DNA of 51,672 nt, filler included, from Porpidia crustulata (GCA_964255105.1; 2 parts of 2 records of this genome joined end to end with filler, not necessarily neighbours in it); one strand, 5' to 3'; positions 25,798-38,377 are shown, counted from the whole stretch's first letter. Numbers and translations are program-made. The notes: generated by a model not told the origin, from the letters alone.

Positions 25798-25897
25798 NNN
25801 NNNNNNNNNNNNNNNNNNNNNNNNNNNNNNNNNNNNNNNNNTTAATTAATTAANNNNNNNNNNNNNNNNNNNNNNNNNNNNNNNNNNNNNNNNNNNN
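25798..25897. other. Assembly gap / artificial spacer: 44 N + TTAATTAATTAA + 44 N
   Basis: Exactly 100 nt and symmetric. The central palindrome has stop codons in all six frames, as in contig-joining linkers. Confidence 0.95.
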
Positions 25898-25949
25898 CAC
25901 CTTGATCCGGTGGGCTGCTGGGGATGTTGGGGAAGGTCTGATCGTAACA
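25898..25949 (-). mobile_element. 5' end of an LTR (TGTTACGATCAG...), truncated by the gap
   Basis: 52 nt identical to 28071-28122. Confidence 0.8.
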
Positions 25950-25988
25950 TTTATCAATTTATGCGTATTGAATATTTAATTATTATTA

Positions 25989-27366
25989 TTAATATAATCC
26001 TACCGCAACTTTAACTCTATGAATTGTCTCAATTGCTTTCCTGCGTGCATCACTAGTTCCTTTAATTAATGCATCTTCAAGATTTGTATCATATAACAGT
26101 CGATTATATCGAGTCCTTATGTCTATTAGGTTACTTGAGATAACATCTGTGACGAGCTGCTTGAAATCCTTCATTCTGAGAGTATGATAAACCTTGGCAA
26201 GCTCTTCCGGAGACCGACACCCGGGATCAAGATGTTCTAGGAGAGTAATAAGATTTGACACGCCTGGACGTGTGAGTGGATTGTAGGATACCCCGTCGAT
26301 TGAATCAGTGAGTGCGAGTCTGATCTTTTCTTCGATCATCCCAGGACTGTCGTTGATTAATATTCGAGAGCGAGGATCTGCATGAGATTTGGACATTTTT
26401 GATGTAGGCTCTTGAAGTGACATTATGCGCCTTGCGGATGCTTGGACAATATTAGCCATGGGCAATAGTAGGCAGCGCTTAGACCCTACAAAGTATCGTC
26501 ACAGGTTCTTGAAAGATCTTCTGTCCATAGACGGCATTAAACCCGTTGGCGCATTCTCGTGTAAATTCCAGATGCTGTACTTGATCCTCCCCAACTGGTA
26601 CATGCGTAGCCCTTGACAGATTAGATAGTTGATCGGTCACCATAATTTCGAAGAAGTGAAGTACCTATAGATCAAAATATCTGCCGCTTGCAGTACAGGA
26701 TAAGAGAACAACCCAAGCTTTAACTTAGCTCTAGTACCTAAGTCTCCGATGGTCGATCCGGTAGGGAGTGCTAGCTTGCTCTAAAGACTATCAATTTATG
26801 TTTATTGACTGCATAGCGTTTCGCCAATGATTTGACAACGAACCTTCCACTGTGTCATTCTAGAAAGGTACCCCACCGAAGCAGTGCAGCTTAGTATCCA
26901 CATCAACTCGGTATGGGCTGGAATCTGCGACCTCTTAATATTCGTCATCACAATGATTAGGACCCAGCCGGTAGTGTAGCCATACATCGGACTGAAAGAA
27001 GATTGTCGATCGCTCCGGATCTAGGCCTACGGCCAATAGTGCAGCCAGAGTCTCTCGTTTCCACCTCCGCAACTGTTCTGGATCTTGACGCGAAGTCAAA
27101 GCATGTAAGTCAACGATTGAAAACATCAATTGAGTCGTTGGTGCGGCTTCATTCTGTAATTTGACCCATTGTTGGAGAGCACCCAGATAATTTCCTAGGT
27201 GGGGAACGCCGGTAGGTTGTATACCCGAGAATATGACGGTTTTGGAGGAATGCCGAATTTGACGGGATGGGCCGCAATATTGGATAACCGGCCATGTGCC
27301 TAATACCCTACGTGCCACATAAGAAGCAGCCCAGTACTTGGTACATTCTGCCAGCGCAGCGAACAT
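25989..27366 (-). CDS. MSW1: Mitochondrial tryptophanyl-tRNA synthetase, multi-exon
   Basis: IFSGIQPTGVPHLGNYLGA (HIGH-like), IVDLHALT, RMTQWK, LFSYPVLQAADIL, VPVGEDQ, KMSKS, RPGVSNL, and a basic N-terminal presequence. Confidence 0.95.
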
Positions 27367-27477
27367 GACCTATTCATTGGGCGTTGGGAGCAATTGATGG
27401 GGTATGGTCGAAATAGAAAAGTGGACAGTAGCTATATTATTAGCGCTCGGCTGCAGCTTGCCGCTGTGCAGTACTTG

Positions 27478-27563
27478 TACTCGTTTTCACCCCTCAACGG
27501 AACAACTAGTGAAGATAACCCTAACCCTATGCCTGCTATTCCGTTGAGGGATGAAAATGAGTA
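27478..27563. mobile_element. MITE-like element (family 1, 86 bp) with internal TAACCCTAACCCTA
   Basis: TIRs TACTCGTTTTCACCCCTCAACGGAA (27478-27502) and its complement at 27539-27563 match at 23/25. TA termini. Telomere repeat at 27516-27529. Confidence 0.8.
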
Positions 27564-27919
27564 CTCCACGTCCGCAAAAAGCCCAGTCGGATGAGGCAGT
27601 GGACTAAGGCAATACTAATTAATAATTACTACGACCACGGATGCTATTCGATTAAAAGCAGTTCTCAGGATATCACAAGCCTCTATTCTACACCGGCCGT
27701 TTAACGGCCAGCCGCAAAGTGCTTTCAAGGCATTCAGGACTTAGGGCGCCATGCTCTAGACTTGCCTTGGGGCTAGCCCTACTAAGAGCGTTAGAAACTA
27801 AGGCAACTAAAAGCGTCTACAAATAATTCTCGTCCCAAGTCAGTCTCTGTTCAATCTCCGTTCACTTACAAAGACATTTAAACGCGATGTGTTAGGAACG
27901 TGCTTCGAAGGTCCCTTTC

Positions 27920-28122
27920 TGTTAGGGGCCTCCTAACTACCTAGCTATGGGGGTAAATCAACGAAGAAATAAATGCTAAGGAAGAAAGGAAATCCGGATG
28001 CAGAGCGGTATTTGGGGTGATGGGAAATTAGCAATGCTAGAGCGTCGCTAGGCCTCATTAGGCTCGGCACCACCTTGATCCGGTGGGCTGCTGGGGATGT
28101 TGGGGAAGGTCTGATCGTAACA
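27920..28122 (-). mobile_element. Solo LTR (about 203 bp), TGTTA...TAACA ends
   Basis: Inverted TGTTA/TAACA termini. Homologous to 1-308 and identical to 25898-25949 over 52 nt. No matching TSD (ctttc vs ccttg). Confidence 0.8.
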
Positions 28123-29343
28123 CCTTGTGCCTGCTGTTGTCTCTGTTGCGCTGCTTGCTCATGCTTCACCTCTTATGCTTCCATCCGCGCTAAAGTTATT
28201 CAAATTGAGAAGCGATTTGATGAGAGATCGGTTTGAAACCTCAACGTAAAGCCTTATTTGAGTAGCACTTGTTGGAATTTGGGGGTTGATGGATAATCTC
28301 CGCTACATGGGGCTGAGGACGCTAATAGAAATTTTCCTATTTCCTGTTCCACCCCTTGGATAACTTCCTAATAACAACATCAATACCAATGTCATCAATT
28401 CCATACCTGATCCGTCAACAGCACTAAATTTCATTCGAGGGGGTGTACGAGTAGGCAAAGGGGGTGTACGGTTGTTGATTCCTTAAGTAATACAACGAAA
28501 AAGATATTAAACAGTGGATCAAGTTACAGAATTATAAAAATGCATCGCGCAAGTCTAACGTCGAACAAACGAGGTGCTAAGAAGAACTAAACAAAGAAAC
28601 ATGACTCATTATGAATGTACTATGCGCACTATGTATTTGAAAAAGATGCAAAATGGATTTGTTCAGGGCTAAGTCTGCCCTCTCAATGTTCTCTCCACAT
28701 AAAGAGTAAGATATGCCATGTTTAGGACTTGCAGGGCCAGCCCGGGAGCACAAAAGTCTCTACAAGAAAATGCTCATACGGCCGGGCTGGCTTTTAATAT
28801 GCCAACGCAGACACTAATAGGTCGGTACCAAAACTCTTCATACTTCCGCTAGAGACATTGCCTACGTCGCGAACGCACGCCATAGCAATATATACTACAA
28901 AAAGTCCTTAAATTCCTCGCTGGCACTAGCTATATGTATTGCGGCATTCTCATATAATAGATGTACTATGAGCATGTACGATGTTTGCAATATGCGGCGT
29001 GGTACACCGCAAAGCCCGCTGAACCAGAGTATGTCCGAGGAGCTGTACAATTCACGATCACAGGCAAAGTAGCAGTAATGTGCGCTGGTAATCACAAGAG
29101 CTTTGGGCGGTAACTAGCTGTCGAATTCCGAGAATGGTGTGTTGGGAGGACGAGAGCTCCACTCGACGGTAACAAAGCGTGCCCACTTAGAACTTCGGAT
29201 AAGCTACCGTTCTCTTCCTTCTCCCTAATTCGGACTTAGTAGACCGGCAGGCGTCATCAGCCTAGCCTACTCTGATGCCAATGTATCGAGACATAGGACC
29301 GTAATAACGAGGTGAAATGTGTGCAACTTGTTGTATGTTGACA

Positions 29344-30339
29344 TCATATTCTTAAATCGACCCTGCCTAGAGGAGCGTTAGAGGTATGTCGATAATTCCT
29401 GCTGCTCATCATCTCGTAAATTCGTTCTGAAGTCTCTAGGTTATTTCGTCTACCGAAATTTGCCCATTTGGGCTCGAGAATGTTTTTCATATGTTCGAGG
29501 CGAACACCTATTGTCTTCCCAAGGCCTAATGATGGTCTTTATAAGCTGTGTTTTTGGCATCGAAGCGACGATGCCTAGACTTACCTAGGCGCTCATGTTC
29601 CCAAACGTTGGCCTTCATGCCCACTCCATAATAAGCATGCTTCCTTAGGAAAGCAAGCCAGACCTCTACAGTCTCTGGATTCCCATCTTGTATCTGAATA
29701 AGCCGTCTTAATGTGATCCTCTCAAAGTTTTCTTGGCTTTTCTTATGGATGAAATTACTTCGTGGCACCGTCCATCGTTCTGTGATTCGGGGTAATGGAG
29801 TTGGCCCCACTGCGGGTAGTCCCAGATAATATGCGGCCCGAAGTGCAAAGTCTGCAAAGAACTCGACGTTGCGGACATTGTAAGAGCGTAATTGTAAATC
29901 ACATGTCGGTACTCCATATTCTGCCTTCCTTTTTAGGGGTTTGAGATAGATAGCTTGGACGCTTCGGGGCAGTCGCAAGTTCGTTTCGGATCCTTTGGCT
30001 TCGTCTACAGAGATCCTATGCTCCCAATAAATAATACATCACAAATCGTTGGATAGGTACCCATACTTAGACATTCTGTCTGTCCCTATTTCATCTGGTA
30101 TGGAGAAAGTGGATCTGGAAGACATTAGACTTGACAACTTGTATCTAGACAAGTTTTGTAAGCAAATACTGTACTTACTTCGCTGACTGAGCCTCTACTT
30201 CGGTTTGGATAGAGCTGGTCGCGAAACGAGTTCTCTGCCATCCATTCGCGCAGCGATATGGGATCCCAGCAGTCCTTCTTGCAACGTGTAGACACTTGCA
30301 TGCACCGAAAGAAGTAATAGTATGCAATGAAGGCGCCAT
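29344..30339 (-). CDS. RSM10: Mitochondrial small ribosomal subunit protein S10 (uS10m), multi-exon
   Basis: CDLQLRSY..VEFFADFALRAAYYLGLPA.GP.PLPRITERWTVPRSNFIHKKSQENFERIT; presequence MAPSLHTITSFGACKCLHVARRTAG... Confidence 0.92.
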
Positions 30340-30531
30340 AGTAAATGACTTTCCATAAAGCTAAGCTTGCCGGGACTAAGTGTGAGGTGTAGCCATTTGC
30401 TTCGAATTGTAGCCTTCTACCACCTCGTTTATTAGCGCCATTTGCCGTCATCGGTAAATCAACAACATAGCATCGTGATTTGTAGTAATGGTTCCGAACG
30501 TCCATACAAGATGGACACATGACTCGTGAAA

Positions 30532-31838
30532 ATGCAAGACCTAATGTTTGCTCACGCCTTGGAAGCTCGGAATTATTTGCGCAGCCGATTACCGACCGAG
30601 CTACAAAAGCCAACAATTGGCATCATATGTGGATCTGGATTGAGTGGACTAGCAGGTGTTGTGCTGCCTAACTCACAAAGAACTTTACATTACAATGATA
30701 TTCCACATTTTCCGTCAAGTAGCGGTCTGTTGGTCTAATCAACTAAGCCACACTCACAACGTATTGACTGGGAGCAGTGCATGGCCATACCGGCCAGCTC
30801 CTGTTTGGATATATCGAAGATGAGGATGAACCAGTAGTCTTGATGGTTGGGAGGACCCAGTTAGTACCTTTTTACAGAAGAATGTAAACGCCACTCATCG
30901 TTCTTTTCTTATTGTAGCTATTATGAAGGTCAAACAATGCATACTATTACATTTCCCGTTCGAGTCCTGAAATTGCTAGGAGTAAACACACTTATAGGTA
31001 GCGTTACTTTGCTTGGCAGTGATCTCAAAGACCTATAAAAACTGATAGATGTCATAGTCACCAACGCGGCAGGGGGCTTGAATACCAATTATGCTGTGGG
31101 CGACATTGTTATGTTGAATGACGTGGGTTTGGTACGGGCCTACACAGATCTGACTCACCTATCCATAGCATATAAACCTAGCTGGTCTTGCCGGTATACA
31201 TCCTCTACGAGGACCTAACGTGGATGAGTTCGGCACTCGATTCCCTGCTTTATCTGATGCGTATGATGTTGATCTCCGACGTCGGGTGCATCGATTGTGG
31301 AAAGGGATAAATCGTCAGACTACCTCTAGACGGCTACACGAAGGTGTATACGCTTTTGTGGGCGGTCCTAGGTATTTACTCGATCAACCCAAGATTGATC
31401 ACGATTCATTGATCATAGTTACGAGACAAGAGCAGAGTGCCGTCTGTTACGCAACCTAGGAGCAGACTTGGTTGGAATGTCAACGGTACCAGAAATCATC
31501 GTAGCACGCCACTGCAGCATCCAGGTCCTCGCCCTCAGTCTTGTCACCAACAACGCAGTATTCGAGGCGGGCCCTACAGGAGACGATTCCCAAATTGAAG
31601 GATCGAATAAAGAGGACTTGGCTAAGGCTCTAGAGAAAGGCAAGGCAAATCATGAGGAAGTTTTGAAAGCTGGGACGGAAGCCGCCGCAGATGTACAAGT
31701 ATGTTTCATTCCAAAATGCTACCTCCGACTAACTAGAAACTAACCTTGTAGCAACTGGTACAACTGCTTGTCAAGGATTTAATGGGCATTGAATCACAAT
31801 CACTTGCCATCGATGGGCCTACGCCCCACCGAAGCTGA
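30532..31838 (+). CDS. PNP1: Purine nucleoside phosphorylase, multi-exon
   Basis: [54 protein letters not shown](S)[22 protein letters not shown]. Confidence 0.95.
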
Positions 31839-32052
31839 TCTCGAGCTGCGAAGGAGTCTAGGATACTCCTGAATACACCATCAATCTTAGCATTAGAAAT
31901 TCAAGGGGATCCTGAGAGCTCATGGATACTCCATAAGGGTCCGCCCCGGACTTACATGATTGCACGTTCTTCTTGACAAGTGTCAACGTGTGACTGCGGA
32001 AAGCCCCACTACTTGTGTCTAATCCCGCATTGATTTGAACAAACACCGATAA

Positions 32053-33067
32053 TCACCTATTTGATTGACTAGACCTCTTCGTCTTCAAATTATTGTAGAA
32101 CGCCTTCCTGCCACTGGTTTTGCGAGCCTGAATGTCAATGTATCTTCTCTTGAAGTGACCAGTAGAGTCCTCAGCAGCCAAGACTTCGTCTACGAAAGTC
32201 TTTTTACGGTCCTTGTTGTGAAGCCTAGAGCTGAAATATTCAGTGGGGCCTTCGATGAGAGTGCCAACTTGGAGAAAGTCTGGTGCTTTAGCTTGGATAT
32301 TCTCTTTCTTGTAATGCCTTTTAGGATCAAGAACGGATCGCATCTTGAGAAGTTGAAGGTCTCTCTTGAGTGCAGGGTTCATGATCGTACGTGGTAAGTT
32401 GAACCAATCTGAGCCTGCGTTGGCCTTTCTTGCCTGTCACAAGCTTTGTCAGCTTTAGCTAATAAAGCTTGTGGGGGTCTGTCAGTGCCGTGCAGCCCAT
32501 GCCTCAGAGTAACTATGTTGAAAAGCCTCTCAGGAATGCAGAGTGGTCGCCCAAAACGGGGCCAAAGGTTCTGCGTCGAGTGAAATGGGAAATTTTCTTC
32601 ATAGGCTAGTCGTCAAATGAGGTATGAGGGTAGCTCACCTGTATTAAATTCTTCTTCGCCTCGATAGGATCTTCCACGCGCCTACTTTGCTCCAAAAGCC
32701 GCCGATCAACTGTGTGTATAAACCTAGTGGCGTCTGCCCGAGCAATGCCATGGCTAGTGACCACATAAGGCCGGGCTATTCTCCCAACCTCAAGCTTGGG
32801 GCACCTAACCATGTATCAATGCTAGATTCAAGAAGACTGAACTGGGAGCTTGTACTTGTAAGATGTAGAAGACTGTGATCTGTATAAGCGCACCTCTGAC
32901 TTGGGAGAGTCATTGGTTCGATTTTCTAATCGTAGTTCTGCCCTCCTCAGAAGCTGGTTCATCTGCACATCAGTGATGTCGTCTGGCCTATCCTCAGCCC
33001 CATATTCAAGATCGTTGTCCCAGGTTTCTTCGCGAAGGACTTTTTCTTCGTCTGGCATTTCGAGCAT
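32053..33067 (-). CDS. FCF2: rRNA-processing protein Fcf2, multi-exon
   Basis: AGSDWFNLPR, LKRDLQLLKMRSVLDPKRHYKK, QVGTLIEGPTEYFSSRL..K.RKKTFVDEVL, KTSGRK. Confidence 0.88.
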
Positions 33068-33197
33068 CGTGCTGCGCAGAATTGGTAGAGAGTATTCGTG
33101 CGACGGAGAACTCTATGAATCGAATCGTGTATATCTTACCTTAGCGTAATGCTAGCCTTTTTGGCTAATTAGCCCTGTGCTCTAAAACTATTAAGTT

Positions 33198-33294
33198 TAC
33201 CCGTTCTCACCCCTCAACAGAACAACTCGGCTCAAACTAGAGAAGATAACCCTAACCCTAGATCTGCTGTTTCGTTGAGGGGTGAATACGAGTA
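33198..33294. mobile_element. MITE-like element (family 1, 97 bp) with internal TAACCCTAACCCTA
   Basis: Left TACCCGTTCTCACCCCTCAACAGAACAAC; right GCTGTTTCGTTGAGGGGTGAATACGAGTA. The internal CTAG.GAAGATAACCCTAACCCTA is shared with 27478-27563. Confidence 0.8.
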
Positions 33295-33697
33295 GTGCCA
33301 AGACAACGGATCGGACATACAAATTGCTTCAATTGTCGGCAAGCTTCACGATCTTCGTAGGCGCTGCGATGCTATTGACTCTTCACCATCAAGATTTGTA
33401 ACCCCTTTGAAGCATCCGATTGACACTGCAATCCTGAGCTTAACCATTACTAAACCATTGGAAAGGACTTGGGTACCGGGCAGGTGGGTGGGTGGATAAC
33501 CGCCAACACGCGAATCTTAGTGGATTAGGCTGCCCGTTTATCGCCTTATCGAACATACGCCGAAGCGATCATCTCCTATGAATCTGGCTTCGTCGCCACG
33601 ATCTTTTCTTAGGGAAACTGTGCATTAGACATTTGATAAAATCTCTGGCCTTCTCACATATTTCCTGCACTATATCACCCCTCGTACAAGCCGGATC

Positions 33698-35008
33698 ATG
33701 GAACAGAACCAATCAGGCTCCGCGCAGCAACAGCAACGGCAACCTCCACCAGTTTATGACCCTAATAATGGTGGACACTACGGTATGCTACCTCTCAAGT
33801 TGATGTTGAATGTCTCTGGGGCCAAATAGATTTCCCAAGGTTCTAGAATACTGCTTCTAGGAAACGTGCAGTCGTGAATAAGGCTAATGTTCTGCGGTAA
33901 AATAGGTGCAAGTGCAGCAGTACGTACCTAATTGCATCTGCAAGCGCAGTTGTTTACAGTGATCATTGTCATTACTGATGTTCGTAGCTCTCAGCGCAGG
34001 GCTATGCGCCGATAGCTGATTTGTATCAAGGAGCATGGGCCAATGTACGAAAGACGCCGCTAGCTACTAAAGAACGGCGAGTCTTGTCGAGAGCTAACTG
34101 GGATCAGGTCAATCAAGGTCTCCATGGCGCCTACCGCGATATTTTATCCACCTACTGGCAGCAGACAATCAGCGCCCTGGAGACCGAGACACATGACTAT
34201 AAGATTCACCAGCTACCTCTAGCCCGGATAAAAAAGGTTATGAAAGCCGACCCAGAAGTAAAAATGATATCTGCAGAGGCGCCTATACTTTTCGCCAAAG
34301 GCTGCGATATCTTTATCACAGAGCTTACAATGCGAGCATGGATTCATGCCGAGGAGAACAAACGACGCACACTACAACGTTCTGACATAGCTTCAGCCCT
34401 TGCCAAGTCGGACATGTTCGATTTCTTAATCGATATTGTCCCACGGGAAGAAGCTGCGAGTCACGCTAAACGAAATCCTACTCAGGGTGGAACCAGCACA
34501 ATCGGAGGTCCTGCATCGTCAACTCAAGGAAGCGGCCAGCTACTACCCCCGCAGAGCAATGTACAGCAACAGCCACAATCTGGACACTCCCAGCAGGCAC
34601 AGCATCAGATGGGGCCTCCTGAATACCCCTCGCTCGGCACTAATCCCATACAACAAGATCAAGAATATCGACAGCAGCCAGGAGGAATTTACGCGCCACA
34701 AGTGCCACCTGATCCAACGGGAGGATACGTGCAACCGCAACAGCAGATGTTCGAGGGGATGTATGGCTATCCGCAAATGGCGCCCCAACAGGTTCGTTTA
34801 TTCTTCATTTGATCGTAATTGTCGACCATAATTGGTGTCAATCCCAACATACGAGTGCTAAATTCTGAAAACATCGCAGATGTACCAAGTTAATCAAAGA
34901 GGCCCTGATCCATCAGGTGGCCAAGATCCCAGTCACCACTACCAAAGGCACGATGGTGGCGAGGGCGACGTAGACGCCGAAGGCGATAGAGATTATGAAG
35001 TCGGCTGA
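33698..35008 (+). CDS. hapE: CCAAT-binding complex subunit HapE (Hap5/NF-YC); includes a 14-nt microexon at 33907-33920
   Basis: Histone fold [68 protein letters not shown] and a Q/P-rich tail. Confidence 0.95.
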
Positions 35009-35526
35009 TACTTTGGCTCTTGGCCATAGATTCTAGTTGTCCCTTTGTTAATAGTATTTACGAGCTTTTGAGATTGGTGTTTCACAGGCTGGGGATTTCG
35101 AACAGGTTGGGGTTTAGTCAATTTGCAGATTGCAAATAACGGGAACATCAAAAGCTTATCAAGAAGGACGGGAGAGTAGACATCGGTCGACGAACCCTTC
35201 CGCGGTAGTCTACATTGCAAAGCGTCATTGGGTTATAAGTAGACCTCGTTGGGGAATACGCTATTGCTGTGTGCCGTCAAGAAATGTATTGAACTCCAGG
35301 TAATTCCACCGGTGCATTGGGTAGTGAGATACACAACGACAACGTCGTTAAAACACATCTAAATGTATTCTTATAAAAGATGAATTCAACCCCGTGGCTC
35401 CAGGATTCTGGGACACTTTCCGGAATTCAATACGTTTCATGACTGTCTTGCAGAACATCGTGATTGACGAGAATATATATGACGGATGTTGCGGGGTGGT
35501 AAAGTCGTCTTGTTGTATAAGGAACT

Positions 35527-38377
35527 TCAAGACTTCATGCCGAATCTTGACGATAACGCAGTAAACTTTTCTGCCTTCGTCGGGCTTTGTATGAAATATG
35601 TAAGCCTCATCAATTGTCAGTATGTCTCAGTCGTGAATTACCCATCAGGCAATAGGTGGGAATTATAGCAAAATATACTTCTCAAGTAGGATAGGTCCAT
35701 TCAGAGCATCCACTCTTCCGTACTTCTTGTTCCTTGTTGAAACATCATAAAATTCATCCGAGTTCTCGGCTTGCATCAGGGTTACTGTCTGCTGCAATTC
35801 ATCTAGGTTCTCTCTAAGTATAGGATTTCCTAATGTATCCACAAATTCTGTGAGGTAGTCAACGTCTTTTGCGAGAGACGCAACTCCATTTGGATTTATC
35901 CGTTTCACGTCGACAGAAAGAGGAAGCGACTATCCTCGGACAGTTAGCACCTCCTTACCCATCATATTGATGTGAGAGAGCTCACTAATATCATAGTAGC
36001 GGCATGACTCAGTGCATCGAAATATATAAGCTCCTTGATCTCTGTTGGCAGGCCAAGAAGGACCGAGTTCATGATATTCGACAAATAGCGTGTCAGTGTC
36101 TGCATATAGTTGCTAGGTTCATTCTCCGGAGCCAGTGCCATCCTGAACTTGAAAGGTCAACAATGTAAATTGTAGCCCTAAGACTGGTTGCCAGGCACAG
36201 CAATCATCTGGATATTCCTGCACTTACCAGTCGTATTCAGCCGTCTCTATCAGATCATCAATCTTAGAATTGACGAGCTCAAATATACGCTTTTCAGCGG
36301 TCTTCTTGTTACTGCGAAATTGCTCGGTGGCATTTAGGGTTATACTTCCACCCGCTGAGGCAGCAGATCTAGCCGCAATAAGCAGCAGCTCCAACTCTTG
36401 GCACGCAGTCTCGAAATGCTCTAGATTAATGAGGATCTGCACAATCTGGCCAAGATACTGCGAACTCAACCTTTCAACCAACGAGCGACATACTTTCTCA
36501 GAGAGCAACTGATCCAGTGACTACAGATCATGTTAGCAATTTGTAAGTTCCACCCGAGAGTCGTCTTCGGAGAAGGCAGCGTACTATCTTCAGAGTTTCG
36601 TCTATGACCCTTGGATGCTGGAAATGGTCATCCGAAAAGAAGTAGAACTGATTCAAGAAGTTCCGTATGTCAATACAGCAGAGTGGATACATTTGGGAGA
36701 ATGGAAGTACACAGGGAAATCTGCTATTGATTAGGCCCGACCTGGATAAGGATATGCTTGAATGATAGTACCTAAGCTCTTCATGAGCTTTGTCAGGTGT
36801 ATACCATGTGACATTCACTACTTTTTCATATTCATCCAATTTATTAATAGGCATCGGCATGTAGTCATCCGTTGAAACGATCTAAAATAGAACTTGAGAA
36901 GTCCCAAAAAATGCATCGTGGTAGGAATACTTACCTCTTGGAAATCGTCACTAAATCTTCGCTTTAGTAGCTCGGCGTACTTTTCAAATAGAGTAAGTAG
37001 AAAAGTATCAAGTGCGCTCACGGGATAATTCCATGACTGCTCTACATTAGCTATCATTTTCGATGAATTGGATGTGGGCAAAGGACCACTTGCGTCCATT
37101 GTTTGAATGAAAAGTGCAATGACGGTCTTAATCTTAAGTAGCACTTCGGCGTTAGCAACCTCATGCAGTGCTTTTGAGATTAGCGAGATGGCTGTTTGGC
37201 ACATTGAGTCCCAAAGCTCGTCGACCTTTACGTTATAAGTTCTAGCAGATGGAAGGATTGGGCTTTGCATTGCGTACGTCTGCCACAGATCGGAGCCCAG
37301 GAGCCTTCTTAATCGTTGCCTTCTCGACAATAGCAAAGCCGGCAATCCCTTCCAATAGCTCACTAAGGCTTGTACCTTCCGGGTCTATTAGGGTTATGGT
37401 AAGGGGCATCAAAAGATCTTTCTGTTGCCTTCGAGTAGCAGCATACTCAGCTCGAAACTTATCAATCTGCCCAAGGGCCTCTTGTATATGAAGACATTCG
37501 AGTAATGGAGTGAAGTCCACCTGAACATCTTCGTTGTCCAATATGTCAAATTCTTCATTCTCATCGGATACTAATTCAATCGCAGAGTTCAATTTGAAAT
37601 TGCTCATGGAAGTCAACTTCTCCGCTCGCTCCTTCTGCCTAGTCCGCCTTTGCTCCGTATGGTAAAAAGCTACTTCACCCAAAAATTGAGATGTTTCTCT
37701 GATACGAAAGAGCCATGTATTCAGATCGGTCATGACGGCCTCAGTCATTAATTTCTTAGTTGCAGGTACAGACTTCTGAATCATCTCTGATATTTTATAC
37801 GGTGTAATCTCTTTCAGATGCACATTCTGTAACTCGTCAAGCGCACGTAAAGCAGAGTAGTGGCTCTTTCTACCTAAAAGATCATGAACCTGATTGACTC
37901 GACGAAGGACCTCCAAGCAGTCCTGCAGAGCCTGAGTAGCTTCGTCGATGTTCTGGCGTACTTCACGCGACTCAACAAGAGCCTTCTTTTGTTCTGCTAA
38001 ATTCTCTGTACTGGATTGTATCGATTGATTCAGCCCGAGGATCTCAGCAGTCAATTTGACAGTGCCTTCCCGGACGTGAAGCAATTGATTGACTGAAGTG
38101 ACGAAACCCTGATGATTGGTGTTGCATATGCTCTCAATTTCCGACTCCCGATTGTTGTAATATTGAGTGAATGATTGTAAGAGTAGCTGCCCTCGACCAC
38201 CATTACTAGCATCCTGAATTGCAGGAATAGACTGGCTAAAGTACTCATTGTCGGTTGGGGACAAAATTATCTAAAGCATTGTTGAGGGTCAGCGACACAG
38301 CAAAGCAGTAGTAATCGGTCATGTACCTGCTGCACAACAAGCTCAAGCTCAGTGCGGGAATCCAGAAGCGCAGGCAT
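35527..38377 (-). CDS. SEC15: Exocyst complex component Sec15, multi-exon (GC-AG intron at 37037-37093)
   Basis: EIESICNTNHQGFVTSVNQLL, HYSALRALDELQ, VDFTPLLECLHI, IAGFAIVE, CVLPFSQMYPLCC, QIVQILINLEHFE, VNSKIDDL, LIYFDALSH. Confidence 0.92.

Noticed and set aside
25842..25853. Perfect palindrome TTAATTAATTAA inside the N run
   Set aside because: Symmetric 44N-12-44N design with six-frame stops; an artificial contig linker.
30125..30616. 163-aa minus-strand ORF spanning the RSM10/PNP1 promoter
   Set aside because: Off-frame to RSM10 exon 1 and antisense to PNP1, with no recognisable motif.
33456..33460. ATTGG (CCAAT box) upstream of hapE suggesting autoregulation
   Set aside because: A single 5-mer is expected by chance.
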